Shown: positions 30,696-40,111 of the stretch, piece by piece
How positions within the stretch are numbered: position 1 is the stretch's first letter
How the letters are laid out: each line of letters starts with the position of its first letter
Origin: Planctomycetota bacterium
Lineage (GTDB): Bacteria; Planctomycetota; UBA11346
Assembly: GCA_038213805.1 (NCBI GenBank)
Contig: JBBQSO010000003.1
Location: forward strand, 32,001-96,000
Direction: 5' to 3'
Length of the DNA: 64,000 nt
Position numbers and translations under genes: made by a program
Notes under the pieces: model-generated
The model's database searches: none
Told to the model about the DNA's origin: nothing
The model's input: the letters and a program-made list of their open reading frames with translations, nothing else

Positions 30696-32222
30696 ATGAA
30701 AGCAACGATGCTCCCGGAAAGGGGTATGACAGGCGTGTTGCGCCGGCTCACCTTCCTGCTCGCTGTCGCCGCGGCCGGCGCCACCACCGTGGCGTGGGGC
30801 GATGATGCCGCGGCGGCTCCCGCACCGGCCCCGGCCCCGGCGGTGACGACCCCGTCCGAGCACTGGCTGGTGCCCTTGCTGCGCGCCACCGTCGAGGCAG
30901 CGCGCCAGCAGCCGCAGGTGCTGTCGGCAGACCTTGAGAGCTGGCGTGCCGGGCTCGCCGCCACCCAGGCGACCGCGCAGTACAGCCCCGACCTGACCAT
31001 CGGCGCCACCAACGACGAGAACCGCTTCCAGTCGACCAGCTTCGTCAGCGGCACCGGCATCGTCCAGAACCGCACCTCCAGCGCCAATGCCGCCCTGGCG
31101 CAGAACTTCACGACCGGTACGGGCGTGCGTCTGCAGGGCAACGGCAGCCAGATCCAGACCGACGACCGCAATTCGCTGGTCGACCAGTTCTACAACAACA
31201 ACGTGCAGCTGGTGGTGAGCCAGGCGCTGCTCCAGGGCGGCAGCCGCGAGGCCAACCTCGCCGTCTGGCGCAACGCGCAGGACCTGGAGTCGAACGCCCG
31301 CGAGAACCGTGGCGAGCAGCTTGAAGGCCGCTTCGCCGCACTCGCCGAGGACTGGATCAACCTCGCCGGCCTCGAGCTGGAGGTGGCCGAGCGGCGCGAG
31401 GTGCTGGCGGTCGCGCAGCGCAATCTCGAGCAGGCGCAGCAGCGCAGCAAGCTGGGTGCCGGGCGCGAGGTCGACAACATCACCCTGCGCCGCGACTTGG
31501 CCACCCAGGACGCCGGCCTGGCCGGAGCGGGCCGCCAGCTCGCCGGCACGCACGAGCGCGTCGCGGTGAACTGGCCCGGGCTGACCCTGCCGCCGCGCAC
31601 GCAGCTGGGCGCCGCAGCGTTGCCCGACACCAGCCCCGCGGTCAGTTACGCCACCACCCGCGCCGGCCACGTCAGCCTGCGCCAGATCAGCACCGCTGCG
31701 CGCAACCTCGCGGCCGCGCGCGATGCCGCGCTGGACCGCCTCGACCTCAATCTGACCTTCGGCAAGAACGGCACCGACCCGAACGCGCGCACCAGCGTCA
31801 GCAAGCTCAGCGATCCCCAGACCTACCACTGGACCGCCGGCCTGGTCTACGAGCACCGCTTCGGCGCCGACAGCGAGCGTCTCGAGCTGGAGCGGGTCCG
31901 TCTGGCGCTCGAGCAGGCCAAGTACCGTGGCGTGACGGATCAACGCGCCTGGGAGACCCAGCGCGTGACGCTGCGCCAGAACCTCGAGGACGCGCGCGCG
32001 CGCGTCGGCGAGCAGCAGCGCATCCTCGACGCCTACCGCGAGGAGGTGCGCTTGGTCAGGGCCCAGGCCGATGCCGGCACCATTCCCGCCCTCGACCTGG
32101 TCACGGTGCGCCAGGGCGCGCTCGGCGCCGAGCTGGCGGTGATCCAGGCGCGCCTCGACGTGCTGCGCGCCGACCTCCGTCTGCGCGCCCAGGAAGACCG
32201 CCTCTTGGAACTGCTGCCATGA
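30696..32222 (+). CDS. TolC-family outer membrane protein
   Basis: Signal peptide, alternating helical/strand repeats, position in the RND operon; GGAGG RBS. Confidence 0.8.
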   Translation: MKATMLPERGMTGVLRRLTFLLAVAAAGATTVAWGDDAAAAPAPAPAPAVTTPSEHWLVPLLRATVEAARQQPQVLSADLESWRAGLAATQATAQYSPDLTIGATNDENRFQSTSFVSGTGIVQNRTSSANAALAQNFTTGTGVRLQGNGSQIQTDDRNSLVDQFYNNNVQLVVSQALLQGGSREANLAVWRNAQDLESNARENRGEQLEGRFAALAEDWINLAGLELEVAERREVLAVAQRNLEQAQQRSKLGAGREVDNITLRRDLATQDAGLAGAGRQLAGTHERVAVNWPGLTLPPRTQLGAAALPDTSPAVSYATTRAGHVSLRQISTAARNLAAARDAALDRLDLNLTFGKNGTDPNARTSVSKLSDPQTYHWTAGLVYEHRFGADSERLELERVRLALEQAKYRGVTDQRAWETQRVTLRQNLEDARARVGEQQRILDAYREEVRLVRAQADAGTIPALDLVTVRQGALGAELAVIQARLDVLRADLRLRAQEDRLLELLP

Positions 32223-33436
32223 CATGCCCGCGCCTGACCGCTCTGCTCGCCGCCCCGGCCTGCGCCCTGCTCCTCGGCCTGAGCGGCTGCGGTGGCGGCG
32301 ATGCGCCCGCCGGCACGACCACGCCCGGTGCCCCCGGCAAGCCCGCCGCCGCGACGGCCGGCACCGCCTTGCCGATCAAGATCCTCACCGCGAGCGGCGG
32401 CATCGTCACTGAGACCCTCGCCGCGCAGGGCCGCCTTGAGGTGTGGCGGCATGAAATCCTCGCCGCGCGCGCCGCGGGCGTGATCAGCGAGCTGCCAGTG
32501 CTGATCAACCAGGTGGTGAAGCAGGGCGATATGCTGATGCAGCTGAAGGCCCCCACCGAGGACCTTGAGGGCGCCGCGCGCGCCGCGGTCAAGCTCGAGC
32601 GCGCCAAGCGCGACCTGGCGCGGCGCGAGGCCCTGGCCAAGGCCGCGCCGGAGACGGTCTCGGCCGCCGACCTCGACGCGGTGCGCGATCTGGTCAACGA
32701 CAGCGAATTGGAGCTGCGGCTCTACCACCAGCGCGAGGAGAATCGCCGGTTGATCGCGCCCTTCGCGGGCGTGGTGATCAACCTCACCGGCGTCGTCGGC
32801 CAGCAGGTCGCCGAGGGTCTGATGGTCGGAGAGCTGCTCGACACCAGCCGCTTCCGCCTCGCCCTCGACCTGCCCGAGCCCAGCCTGCGCCGCCTGAGCG
32901 ATGGTCAGGACGTCGACCTCAGCGCGCTCGCCGACGCGTCGAACGCGCGCGGGCGGATCCGCACCCTGCCCGGAGCCATCGATCCGGCCAAGGGCACCGG
33001 CCGTGTGCTGGTCGATGTCACCACCCCACCTGCGTCGTGGCGCCCGGGCGGCTTCGTCACCGCCCGCCTGGTGCTGGGCGAAACCAAAGCCGACCTGGTG
33101 CTGCCGCGCGACGCGGTCCTGTACCGCGAAAACCGCCCGTACGTGTGGATCGCCGAGACCCACGAGGACAAGCTGGTCTCGCGTCGCGCCTACCTTGAGC
33201 TGGGCGTCGGCGACCCCACCCGGCTGATCGTGACGCGCGGCGTCAACCCCGGCGAGCAGGTCGTCATCGAGGGCATGAACGGCCTGAGCGACGGCGTGCC
33301 GGTGGCGATCCGCACGGACGATCCGCCCGCCGAGAAGGCGCTCGATGCCGCGGCCAACGACGCAAAGCCCGCTGCCGAGGCCGGCAAAAAAGACGAGAAG
33401 AAGGACCCCAAGCCCGAGGCCAAGAGCGGTGGGTGA
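32219..33436 (+). CDS. RND periplasmic adaptor (MFP), lipoprotein
   Basis: Lipobox LSGC; VKQGD; IAPFAGVV; RPGGFV; LPRDAV; GEQVVIEG. Confidence 0.9.
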   Translation: MTCPRLTALLAAPACALLLGLSGCGGGDAPAGTTTPGAPGKPAAATAGTALPIKILTASGGIVTETLAAQGRLEVWRHEILAARAAGVISELPVLINQVVKQGDMLMQLKAPTEDLEGAARAAVKLERAKRDLARREALAKAAPETVSAADLDAVRDLVNDSELELRLYHQREENRRLIAPFAGVVINLTGVVGQQVAEGLMVGELLDTSRFRLALDLPEPSLRRLSDGQDVDLSALADASNARGRIRTLPGAIDPAKGTGRVLVDVTTPPASWRPGGFVTARLVLGETKADLVLPRDAVLYRENRPYVWIAETHEDKLVSRRAYLELGVGDPTRLIVTRGVNPGEQVVIEGMNGLSDGVPVAIRTDDPPAEKALDAAANDAKPAAEAGKKDEKKDPKPEAKSGG

Positions 33437-33470
33437 GCGCGCCCTGAACCCTGTGGTGCTCCTGGCCGTC

Positions 33471-33505
33471 GACTTCCGGACCCCCGGACTTCCGGACTTC
33501 CGGAC
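33471..33505. repeat. Octamer array (GACTTCCG)x4, one variant unit
   Basis: gacttccg gacccccg gacttccg gacttccg gac in the MFP-RND2 spacer. Confidence 0.8.
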
Positions 33506-33523
33506 GCGGCGCGGAGCGCCGCA

Positions 33524-36500
33524 GTGCTAACCCAGATCATCCGCCGCCCGATCGGCGCCTGTTTCGTCGCGCTGTCGCTGGCCCTGCTCGGGGTGATGGC
33601 GCTGCGCCAGCTGCCCGTCGCCCTGCTGCCGCCGGTCGAGCTGCCGGTTCTGACGGTGCGCTGCGACAAGCCCGACAGCTCGGCGATCGAGCTCGAGGAG
33701 CAGCTGCTGCGCCCGCTTGAGGAGGCGCTCAGCACGGTGCCCGCCCTCACCCGCTTGGAAGGCCGCGCCGCGCCCGGGGCGGTTGAGGTGCGCCTGACCC
33801 TGCGCGCCGACGCCGACCTCGACGGCATCTCCAGCCGCCTGCGCGAGCGCCTTTCCGGCCTGCCCCTGCCGACCGGTGCCGAGCCGCCGCGCGTGCTGCG
33901 CTACGATCCCAGCGCCGAGCCGCTGCTGCGCCTGGTGCTGGAGCCGCTGCCCGGCGGACCAAGCGCCGCCACCCTGGCGACGGTCGCGCGCGACGAGCTG
34001 GTGCCGCAGATCGAGGGCCTCTCCGAGGTCGCCGCGGTGCGCCTGCGCGGCGGCCGCGAGAGCGAGGTCAGCGTGATCCCGGATCCCGCGCGCCTGGTCG
34101 CGGCCGGCATCAGCGCCGACCAGCTCGAGACCGCGGTGCGCGGCGCGGTCACCAGCCGCGCGGTCGGCATCGTCTACGATCCCGAGGGCCAGCGCCGGGT
34201 GCGCGTGCGCGGCTCGATCGTACGCCCCGACGACCTGCCCAAGGCGCTGGTCGCGCCCGGCATCACGCTCGGCGACGTCGCGACCGTCGAACAGCGACTC
34301 GCGGAACCCGAAGAGCTGGCGGTGGCGCTGCCGCCCGCGGCGGAGTCGCCCGGAACCGCGACCTCTGCGCGCGCCGCCGGCAAGGCGACGGTCGGCGACG
34401 GCGACGCGCTGCTGGTCGAGATCATGGCCCAGGCCGACGCCGGGCTGGTCGCGGCCTCGGAGGTGGTACGCCAGCGTCTGGCGCTGATCGCCAAGCCCGA
34501 GATCGGCGACGGCAGCGGACTGTCACGCTGGAGCTACGAGGGCGGCCGGCTGACCCTGCTGACCGATCGGGCCGAGGCCGTGCGCACCGCCATCGGCGAG
34601 GTCAAGCACGCCACCGTCGAGGGCGCGATCCTCGCCTGGCTGGTGCTGCTGGTGTTCCTGCGCGCGCTGCGCCCATCGCTGATCGTGTTCCTCGCCATCC
34701 CGCTGTCGGTGGTGGGCACGTTCCTGCTCATGTCGTTGTTCGGGGTCGGGCTCAACCTGATGAGCCTGGGTGGGCTGGCGCTGGGCGTGGGCATGCTGGT
34801 CGACACCGCCATCGTGGTGCTGGAGGCGGCCGAGCGCGTCGGTGGCGCGCATCAGGACGGCGAGCCGCGCAAACGCGCCATCGCCATTGGCGTCGGCGAA
34901 GTCGCCGGCGCGGTGGTGGCGTCGTGCCTGACCAGCGTCGCGGTGTTCGTGCCGCTCGCCTTCCTGCCCGGCGTGCTCGGCCGGCTGTTCTATGATCAGG
35001 CGTTCACGGTCTCGGCCAGCCACGTGGTGAGCCTGGCGGTCGGCCTGGCGCTGGTGCCGACGCTGCTCGCCCTGCCGACGCTGCGCCGGCGCCGCGAGGC
35101 GCTGCCGTGGAGCTGGCCGCCGGTCGCGCGCAACATCTGGCTGCCAGCCACCGCGCTGCGCTGGCTGCTGGTCAACCTGGCGCGGGTGCTGCTGCTCGTG
35201 CTGCTCGCCCTGGGCTGGCTGGTCGGCGTGCCGCTGCGCCTAGTCGCGCGCGTGCTCGACCGCAGCTGCCTCGCGGCGCTCGCCCTGGTCGAGCGCATCT
35301 ACGGCCGCGCGCTCGACGTGGTGCTGGCGCGTCCGGCGCTCGGCCTGGCCGGTTTTGCGGTGGCGCTGCTGCTTGGCGCGGCCTTCATCCCGCGCCTGCC
35401 GGTGCGCCTGATGCCGCCGAGCCTGTCGACGCGCTTCACCCTCGACGTCGAGCTGCCGCGCGGGCGCAGCGTGATCGACAGCGCGACCTGGGCGCGCGGC
35501 TACATGCGCGACCTGCGCGCGCACTGGGGCGATCTCGAGGCGGTGGCCGTGGCCGGCGAGGACCCGCGCTATGCGCCCGGGCTGACGCGCCGCCAGGACC
35601 ACGAGCTGGCGCTGGTGCTGACGCGCGCGCACCGCGCGGCCGACCTTGAAGGCGAACGCGCCTTCCTCATCGGCCTCGAGCGTTTGGCTTTGGAACACGG
35701 CGCAGTCGCCGCCGCGGCGACCACGCCGCCGCTGGTCGACCTGGGCATGGGCTCGGCGAACGCGCTCGACATCGCCATCCGCGGCGACGACCCCGAGACC
35801 CTGCGCACCCAGGCGCTTGACTACGCGGCGCGCCTGCGCGTCCTGGGCTGCCGCGGCGTCTCGACCTCGGCGACCTCGTCAAGCGATGAGGTGCTGGTGG
35901 TGCCCGACACCGCACGCATGCTCGACGCCGGACTGACCCTCGATCAGGTGCAGAAGACCATCGCCGCCGCCGCCGACATCCACCAGATCACCGACTTCAT
36001 CCCGCGCTTCAACGCCCGTCAGGCGACCACGCGCACCCTGCCGATCCGCATCCGCGGTCCGCTGCGCGAGCACCAGACCAGCCTGCTCGACGAGCTCAAC
36101 CTCGGCACCGCCGCCAAGCCGGTGCCGCTGTCGCGCATCGCCACCATCACGCGCGCGCCCGGCGATGGCCTGATCGTACGCCACAACGGCAGCCGCGTCG
36201 CCACCCTGGTCGCGGCCGCGCTGCCCCCCGGTTCGGAGGTGCGCGCGGTGCTCGCCGGCCTGCAGCGCGCAGCACCGCTGCCGAGCGGCTACGACCTGGT
36301 CGGGCGCAGCGTCGAGAACAATGCCAACGACGGCGCCTTGGCCATGGTCGGTATGCTCGCGCTGTCGGTGTTCCTGGTCATCGTGGTCATGGCGGTGCAG
36401 TTCGAAAGCCTCAGCCAGCCGCTGCTGGTGATCCTCGCCGTGCCGATGGCCGCGGCCGGGGCCTTTCCGGCGCTGTGGTTGTGCGGCCACGGTTTCGACG

Positions 36501-36886
36501 TGATGAGCGGCATCGGCCTGGTGGTGCTGGTCGGTGTCGCGGTGTCGAACGCCATCGTGCTGGTCTCGACCGCCAATCTGCGCCGCGCCCAGGGTCTGGC
36601 GCCCCTCGCCGCCATCGCCGTCGCCGGCCGCGAGCGCCTGCGCCCGATCCTGATGACCACTGCGACCTCGGTGCTCGGCCTCGCGCCCCTCGCCGTCGGT
36701 TGGGGCGAGGCCGCCGAACTGCGCGCCCCGCTCGCCGTTGCGGTGATGGGCGGCCTGCTCAGCTCGACCGTGCTGACCCTGCTGTCGCTGCCCGCGGTGC
36801 TGCTGCTGACCGCTGGCAGAGGTCCACGCCCCGCCGACCTGGAGCCCACGCCTGAGCCTGTGGCAGCCGCTCAGACCGCAGGATGA
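33524..36886 (+). CDS. RND family permease (subunit 2)
   Basis: IRRPI; LNLMSLGGLALGVGMLVDTAIVVLE; QFESL; RLRPILMTT; PLAVAVMGGL. Confidence 0.92.
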   Translation: MLTQIIRRPIGACFVALSLALLGVMALRQLPVALLPPVELPVLTVRCDKPDSSAIELEEQLLRPLEEALSTVPALTRLEGRAAPGAVEVRLTLRADADLDGISSRLRERLSGLPLPTGAEPPRVLRYDPSAEPLLRLVLEPLPGGPSAATLATVARDELVPQIEGLSEVAAVRLRGGRESEVSVIPDPARLVAAGISADQLETAVRGAVTSRAVGIVYDPEGQRRVRVRGSIVRPDDLPKALVAPGITLGDVATVEQRLAEPEELAVALPPAAESPGTATSARAAGKATVGDGDALLVEIMAQADAGLVAASEVVRQRLALIAKPEIGDGSGLSRWSYEGGRLTLLTDRAEAVRTAIGEVKHATVEGAILAWLVLLVFLRALRPSLIVFLAIPLSVVGTFLLMSLFGVGLNLMSLGGLALGVGMLVDTAIVVLEAAERVGGAHQDGEPRKRAIAIGVGEVAGAVVASCLTSVAVFVPLAFLPGVLGRLFYDQAFTVSASHVVSLAVGLALVPTLLALPTLRRRREALPWSWPPVARNIWLPATALRWLLVNLARVLLLVLLALGWLVGVPLRLVARVLDRSCLAALALVERIYGRALDVVLARPALGLAGFAVALLLGAAFIPRLPVRLMPPSLSTRFTLDVELPRGRSVIDSATWARGYMRDLRAHWGDLEAVAVAGEDPRYAPGLTRRQDHELALVLTRAHRAADLEGERAFLIGLERLALEHGAVAAAATTPPLVDLGMGSANALDIAIRGDDPETLRTQALDYAARLRVLGCRGVSTSATSSSDEVLVVPDTARMLDAGLTLDQVQKTIAAAADIHQITDFIPRFNARQATTRTLPIRIRGPLREHQTSLLDELNLGTAAKPVPLSRIATITRAPGDGLIVRHNGSRVATLVAAALPPGSEVRAVLAGLQRAAPLPSGYDLVGRSVENNANDGALAMVGMLALSVFLVIVVMAVQFESLSQPLLVILAVPMAAAGAFPALWLCGHGFDVMSGIGLVVLVGVAVSNAIVLVSTANLRRAQGLAPLAAIAVAGRERLRPILMTTATSVLGLAPLAVGWGEAAELRAPLAVAVMGGLLSSTVLTLLSLPAVLLLTAGRGPRPADLEPTPEPVAAAQTAG

Positions 36887-36908
36887 AAGAGCGCCCCTGG
36901 GCACTCCC

Positions 36909-37841
36909 ATGCCGCCGCCGTACACCCACCAGCACGTTCGCGACCTCGCCTGGCTGATCGGCAGCCCGCCGCTGATGGGCGCCGGCACGCCAGGCATGGA
37001 CGTGCCGCCCGCCGCTTGGCTGGCAAAGCTCGCGACGGAGGCGCAGCCGTGGCTGGACGAGATCGACCGGCGGCCGGAAGAGCTCGACGGCTGGCTGGCG
37101 CGCCACCGCCACCAGCGCCTCGGCCACCACGCCGAGGCGCTGATGGAGTTCTGGCTGCGCCGCCAGCCCGGCATCCGCTTCCATCAGGCGCACCTCACCA
37201 TCACCGAAAGCGGCCGCACGCTCGGCGACCTCGACCTGCTGTTCACCGCGGAACGCCGCAACGCACGGCTGCACTGGGAACTGGCGGTGAAGTTCTACCT
37301 GGGCACCGCGCCAGGCGGGGAGTGGGCGACCTGGATCGGTCCCGATCCACGCGATACGCTCGCCGCGAAATTGACCAAGGTCATCAAGCACCAGCTGCCG
37401 CTCGGACGGCATCCCATGGCCAACCACGGCGCCACCCAGGCGACCGTCTCCGAGGCCTTCCTCAAGGGCTGGCTGTTCTCACCACTGGACGCGGCCGGTC
37501 AGCGCCGGGCGATCGATCCGCCACTCGGCGCCCATCCGGATCACGGCCGCGGTTGGTGGCGGCGTTACGGCGAGGGGCCGCTGCCCCGCGCCAGCCGTGC
37601 CGCGCGCTTCATCGTCCTGCCGCGCCTAGCCTGGCTGTCGCCGGCACGCCAGCCGCGCCGCGGCGGACTGCCAGCCATGGCGCCGGGCGAGCTCGACGTC
37701 TTGCTGTCCGGGCATTTTTCCCGGCATATCGATGCGCTACTGATCGCCGAGGTGCAGCCCGACCGAGCCGGCTGGTGGGCCGAGACCGCGCGCGGCTTCG
37801 TGGTGGCGCCGGCCTGGCCGGACACCCGTGGCGCGGGCTGA
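36909..37841 (+). CDS. DUF1853 family protein (PD-(D/E)xK-like)
   Basis: VRDLAWL; RLG.HAE; TLGDLDLL; HWELAVKFYL; WIGP; HQLPL. Confidence 0.85.
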   Translation: MPPPYTHQHVRDLAWLIGSPPLMGAGTPGMDVPPAAWLAKLATEAQPWLDEIDRRPEELDGWLARHRHQRLGHHAEALMEFWLRRQPGIRFHQAHLTITESGRTLGDLDLLFTAERRNARLHWELAVKFYLGTAPGGEWATWIGPDPRDTLAAKLTKVIKHQLPLGRHPMANHGATQATVSEAFLKGWLFSPLDAAGQRRAIDPPLGAHPDHGRGWWRRYGEGPLPRASRAARFIVLPRLAWLSPARQPRRGGLPAMAPGELDVLLSGHFSRHIDALLIAEVQPDRAGWWAETARGFVVAPAWPDTRGAG

Positions 37842-37968
37842 GCGGACGGCCGCACGCCCGTCCGACCCGCCCCGGCCGCGCCCTGGTGCCCGGGCGCGGC
37901 CCCCCTAGCATGCCGAACCACGTGCGGCCGGCCGCGGACAGCCTGGCGCGCGGAGGCGGAGGCAGCGG

Positions 37969-38934
37969 ATGATCATCGTCACAGGCGGAGCCGGTTTCAT
38001 CGGCAGCAATCTGGTACGCGGGCTGAATCGCCGCGGTACCACCGATATCCTGGTGGTCGACAACCTCACGCGCGGCGACAAGCACCGCACGCTGAATGCG
38101 CTCGAGTTCGCCGACTACCTCGACAAGCGCGATTTCCTGCCGCGCATCGCCGATCTGATCGCACCCGGGGTCGATGGCGTGTTCCATCTCGGCGCCTGCT
38201 CCGACACCATGGAGTCGGACGGCCGCTACCTGATGGACAACAACTTCGCCTACAGCAAGGCGCTGTTGCACCGCTGCCAGGAGGCGGGAGTGCCGTTCAT
38301 CTACGCGTCGTCGGCATCGGTCTACGGCGACGGCGCCCGCGGCTTCGTCGAGGAGCGGCGCTGCGAGTACCCGATCAACGCGTACGCCTACTCCAAATTC
38401 GTCTTCGATCAGTACGTGCGCCGCCTCGGGCCGACGCGCACGCCAATCACCGGCCTGCGCTACTTCAACGTCTACGGACCGCAGGAGAACCATAAGGGCC
38501 GCATGGCCACGGTGGTCTACCAGTTCCACCGCCAGCTCAGCGCCGGCGGTCGCCTCGAGCTGTTCGAGGGTAGCGACGGGTTCCGCCGCGACTTCATCCA
38601 CGTCGACGACGTGGTCGGCGTCAACCTGCACTTCCTCGAGCGCCCGGCGAGCGGCATCTTCAACTGCGGCACCGGTCGCGCCGAGAGCTTCCGCGCCATC
38701 GCCGAACTGATGGCGCCGCTGTACCCGAGCGCCGAGATCGGCACCAAGCCCTTTCCCGAAGCGCTCAAGGGCAAGTACCAAGCCTACACCTGCGCCGACC
38801 TTACGCGCCTGCGCGCCGCAGGCTTCGTCGGAGACTTCACCAGCCTCGCCGACGGCGTGCGCTCCTACGTGGCGCTGCTCAAGGACAATGACGGCCATTA
38901 CCGCACCGCGGCCGCGGCTGGAAGCGCCCCGTGA
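37969..38934 (+). CDS. hldD: ADP-L-glycero-D-manno-heptose 6-epimerase
   Basis: IIVTGGAGFIGSNL; GACSDT; YAYSK; RYFNVYGP.E.HKGRMA; KYQAYT. Confidence 0.95.
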   Translation: MIIVTGGAGFIGSNLVRGLNRRGTTDILVVDNLTRGDKHRTLNALEFADYLDKRDFLPRIADLIAPGVDGVFHLGACSDTMESDGRYLMDNNFAYSKALLHRCQEAGVPFIYASSASVYGDGARGFVEERRCEYPINAYAYSKFVFDQYVRRLGPTRTPITGLRYFNVYGPQENHKGRMATVVYQFHRQLSAGGRLELFEGSDGFRRDFIHVDDVVGVNLHFLERPASGIFNCGTGRAESFRAIAELMAPLYPSAEIGTKPFPEALKGKYQAYTCADLTRLRAAGFVGDFTSLADGVRSYVALLKDNDGHYRTAAAAGSAP

Positions 38935-39491
38935 GGCACGCGGCCGGACCGGTGGTGCTGCTCGACCGCGACGGCGTGCTCAACGTCGACCGCCCGACCG
39001 GAGTGCACGGCCTGGACGAGCTCGCGCTGGAGGCCGGTGCGGCGGAGGGCGTGGCGCTGCTCGCGCGCGCCGGATTCACCTGCCTGGTGATCACCAATCA
39101 GGCCCTGGTCGGACGCGGCGAACTCTCCCCAGCCGGCTTGGAAGCGATCCACACCGAGCTGGCGCGGCGCATCGCCGCCGGCGGCGGGAGCATCGCCGGC
39201 TGGTACGCCTGCGCGCACCGCGCCGAGGACGGTTGCGCGTGTCGCAAGCCGCGGCCTGGCCTGCTTGAACGCGCCCAACGCGAATGGGGCTTCACCCCGG
39301 CGCAAACCTGGTTCGTCGGCGACGCCGAGCGCGACGTCGCCGCGGCGCGCGCCGCGGGCTGCCGCCCCGCCCTGGTCGCGACCGGCAAGGGCGCGGTGAG
39401 CGCGCGCGCCCTGACCGACGTGCCGCTGTTTCCTGACCTGCCCGCCTTCGCCCGTGCGCTCGCCAGCGCCGCCATGGAGACGCCCGAATGA
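38931..39491 (+). CDS. gmhB: D,D-heptose 1,7-bisphosphate phosphatase
   Basis: LDRDGVLN; ITNQ; CAH...CACRKPRPG; VGD. Confidence 0.92.
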   Translation: MRHAAGPVVLLDRDGVLNVDRPTGVHGLDELALEAGAAEGVALLARAGFTCLVITNQALVGRGELSPAGLEAIHTELARRIAAGGGSIAGWYACAHRAEDGCACRKPRPGLLERAQREWGFTPAQTWFVGDAERDVAAARAAGCRPALVATGKGAVSARALTDVPLFPDLPAFARALASAAMETPE

Positions 39492-40111
39492 CCGCACCGA
39501 CCTCCTCCATCGCAGCCGGCGAAGCGGCGGCGCTCGCCGGGATCGCCGCGATCCTGGACGACCACCGCGATACCATCGCGCGCCTCGCTGCGCTGGCGCC
39601 TGAGATCCTCGCCTTCGCCAGGCTCATCCATGGCTGCACCACGAGCGGCGGCACGGTGTGGTGGTTCGGCAACGGCGGCAGCGCGGCGGACGCGCAGCAC
39701 CTCAGCGCCGAGCTCATCGGGCGCTTCGTGCGCGACCGCCGCGGACTGCGCTCGGTGGCGCTCAGTACCGACACCTCGCTGCTGACGGCGGTGGCCAATG
39801 ACTACGGCTACGAACGCATCTTCGCGCGCCAGCTCGAAACCCTGGCGCGCCCGGGCGACGTGGCGGTGGCGATCTCGACCTCAGGGCGCAGCGCCAACAT
39901 CGTCGCCGGCGCTGCCGCCGCGCACGCCGCGGGCGCCAGCGTGGTGACCATGACCGGCGCGGGCGGTGGCGCCGTCGAGGCGTACGCCACGCTGCGCCTG
40001 CGCGCGCCATCGACCATCACCGCGCGCATCCAGGAATGCCACGGGCTGATCGGCCACACGGTATGCGAGCTGATCGACGCCTGGCACGAGGGAACTCCGC
40101 ATGTTCAGTGA
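39488..40111 (+). CDS. gmhA: Sedoheptulose-7-phosphate isomerase
   Basis: GNGGSAADAQH; ANDYGY; STSGRS; RIQECH. Confidence 0.95.
   Translation: MTAPTSSIAAGEAAALAGIAAILDDHRDTIARLAALAPEILAFARLIHGCTTSGGTVWWFGNGGSAADAQHLSAELIGRFVRDRRGLRSVALSTDTSLLTAVANDYGYERIFARQLETLARPGDVAVAISTSGRSANIVAGAAAAHAAGASVVTMTGAGGGAVEAYATLRLRAPSTITARIQECHGLIGHTVCELIDAWHEGTPHVQ

Noticed and set aside
36909..37841. DUF1853 as an anti-phage nuclease
   Set aside because: No defence-island or mobile context; embedded among envelope genes
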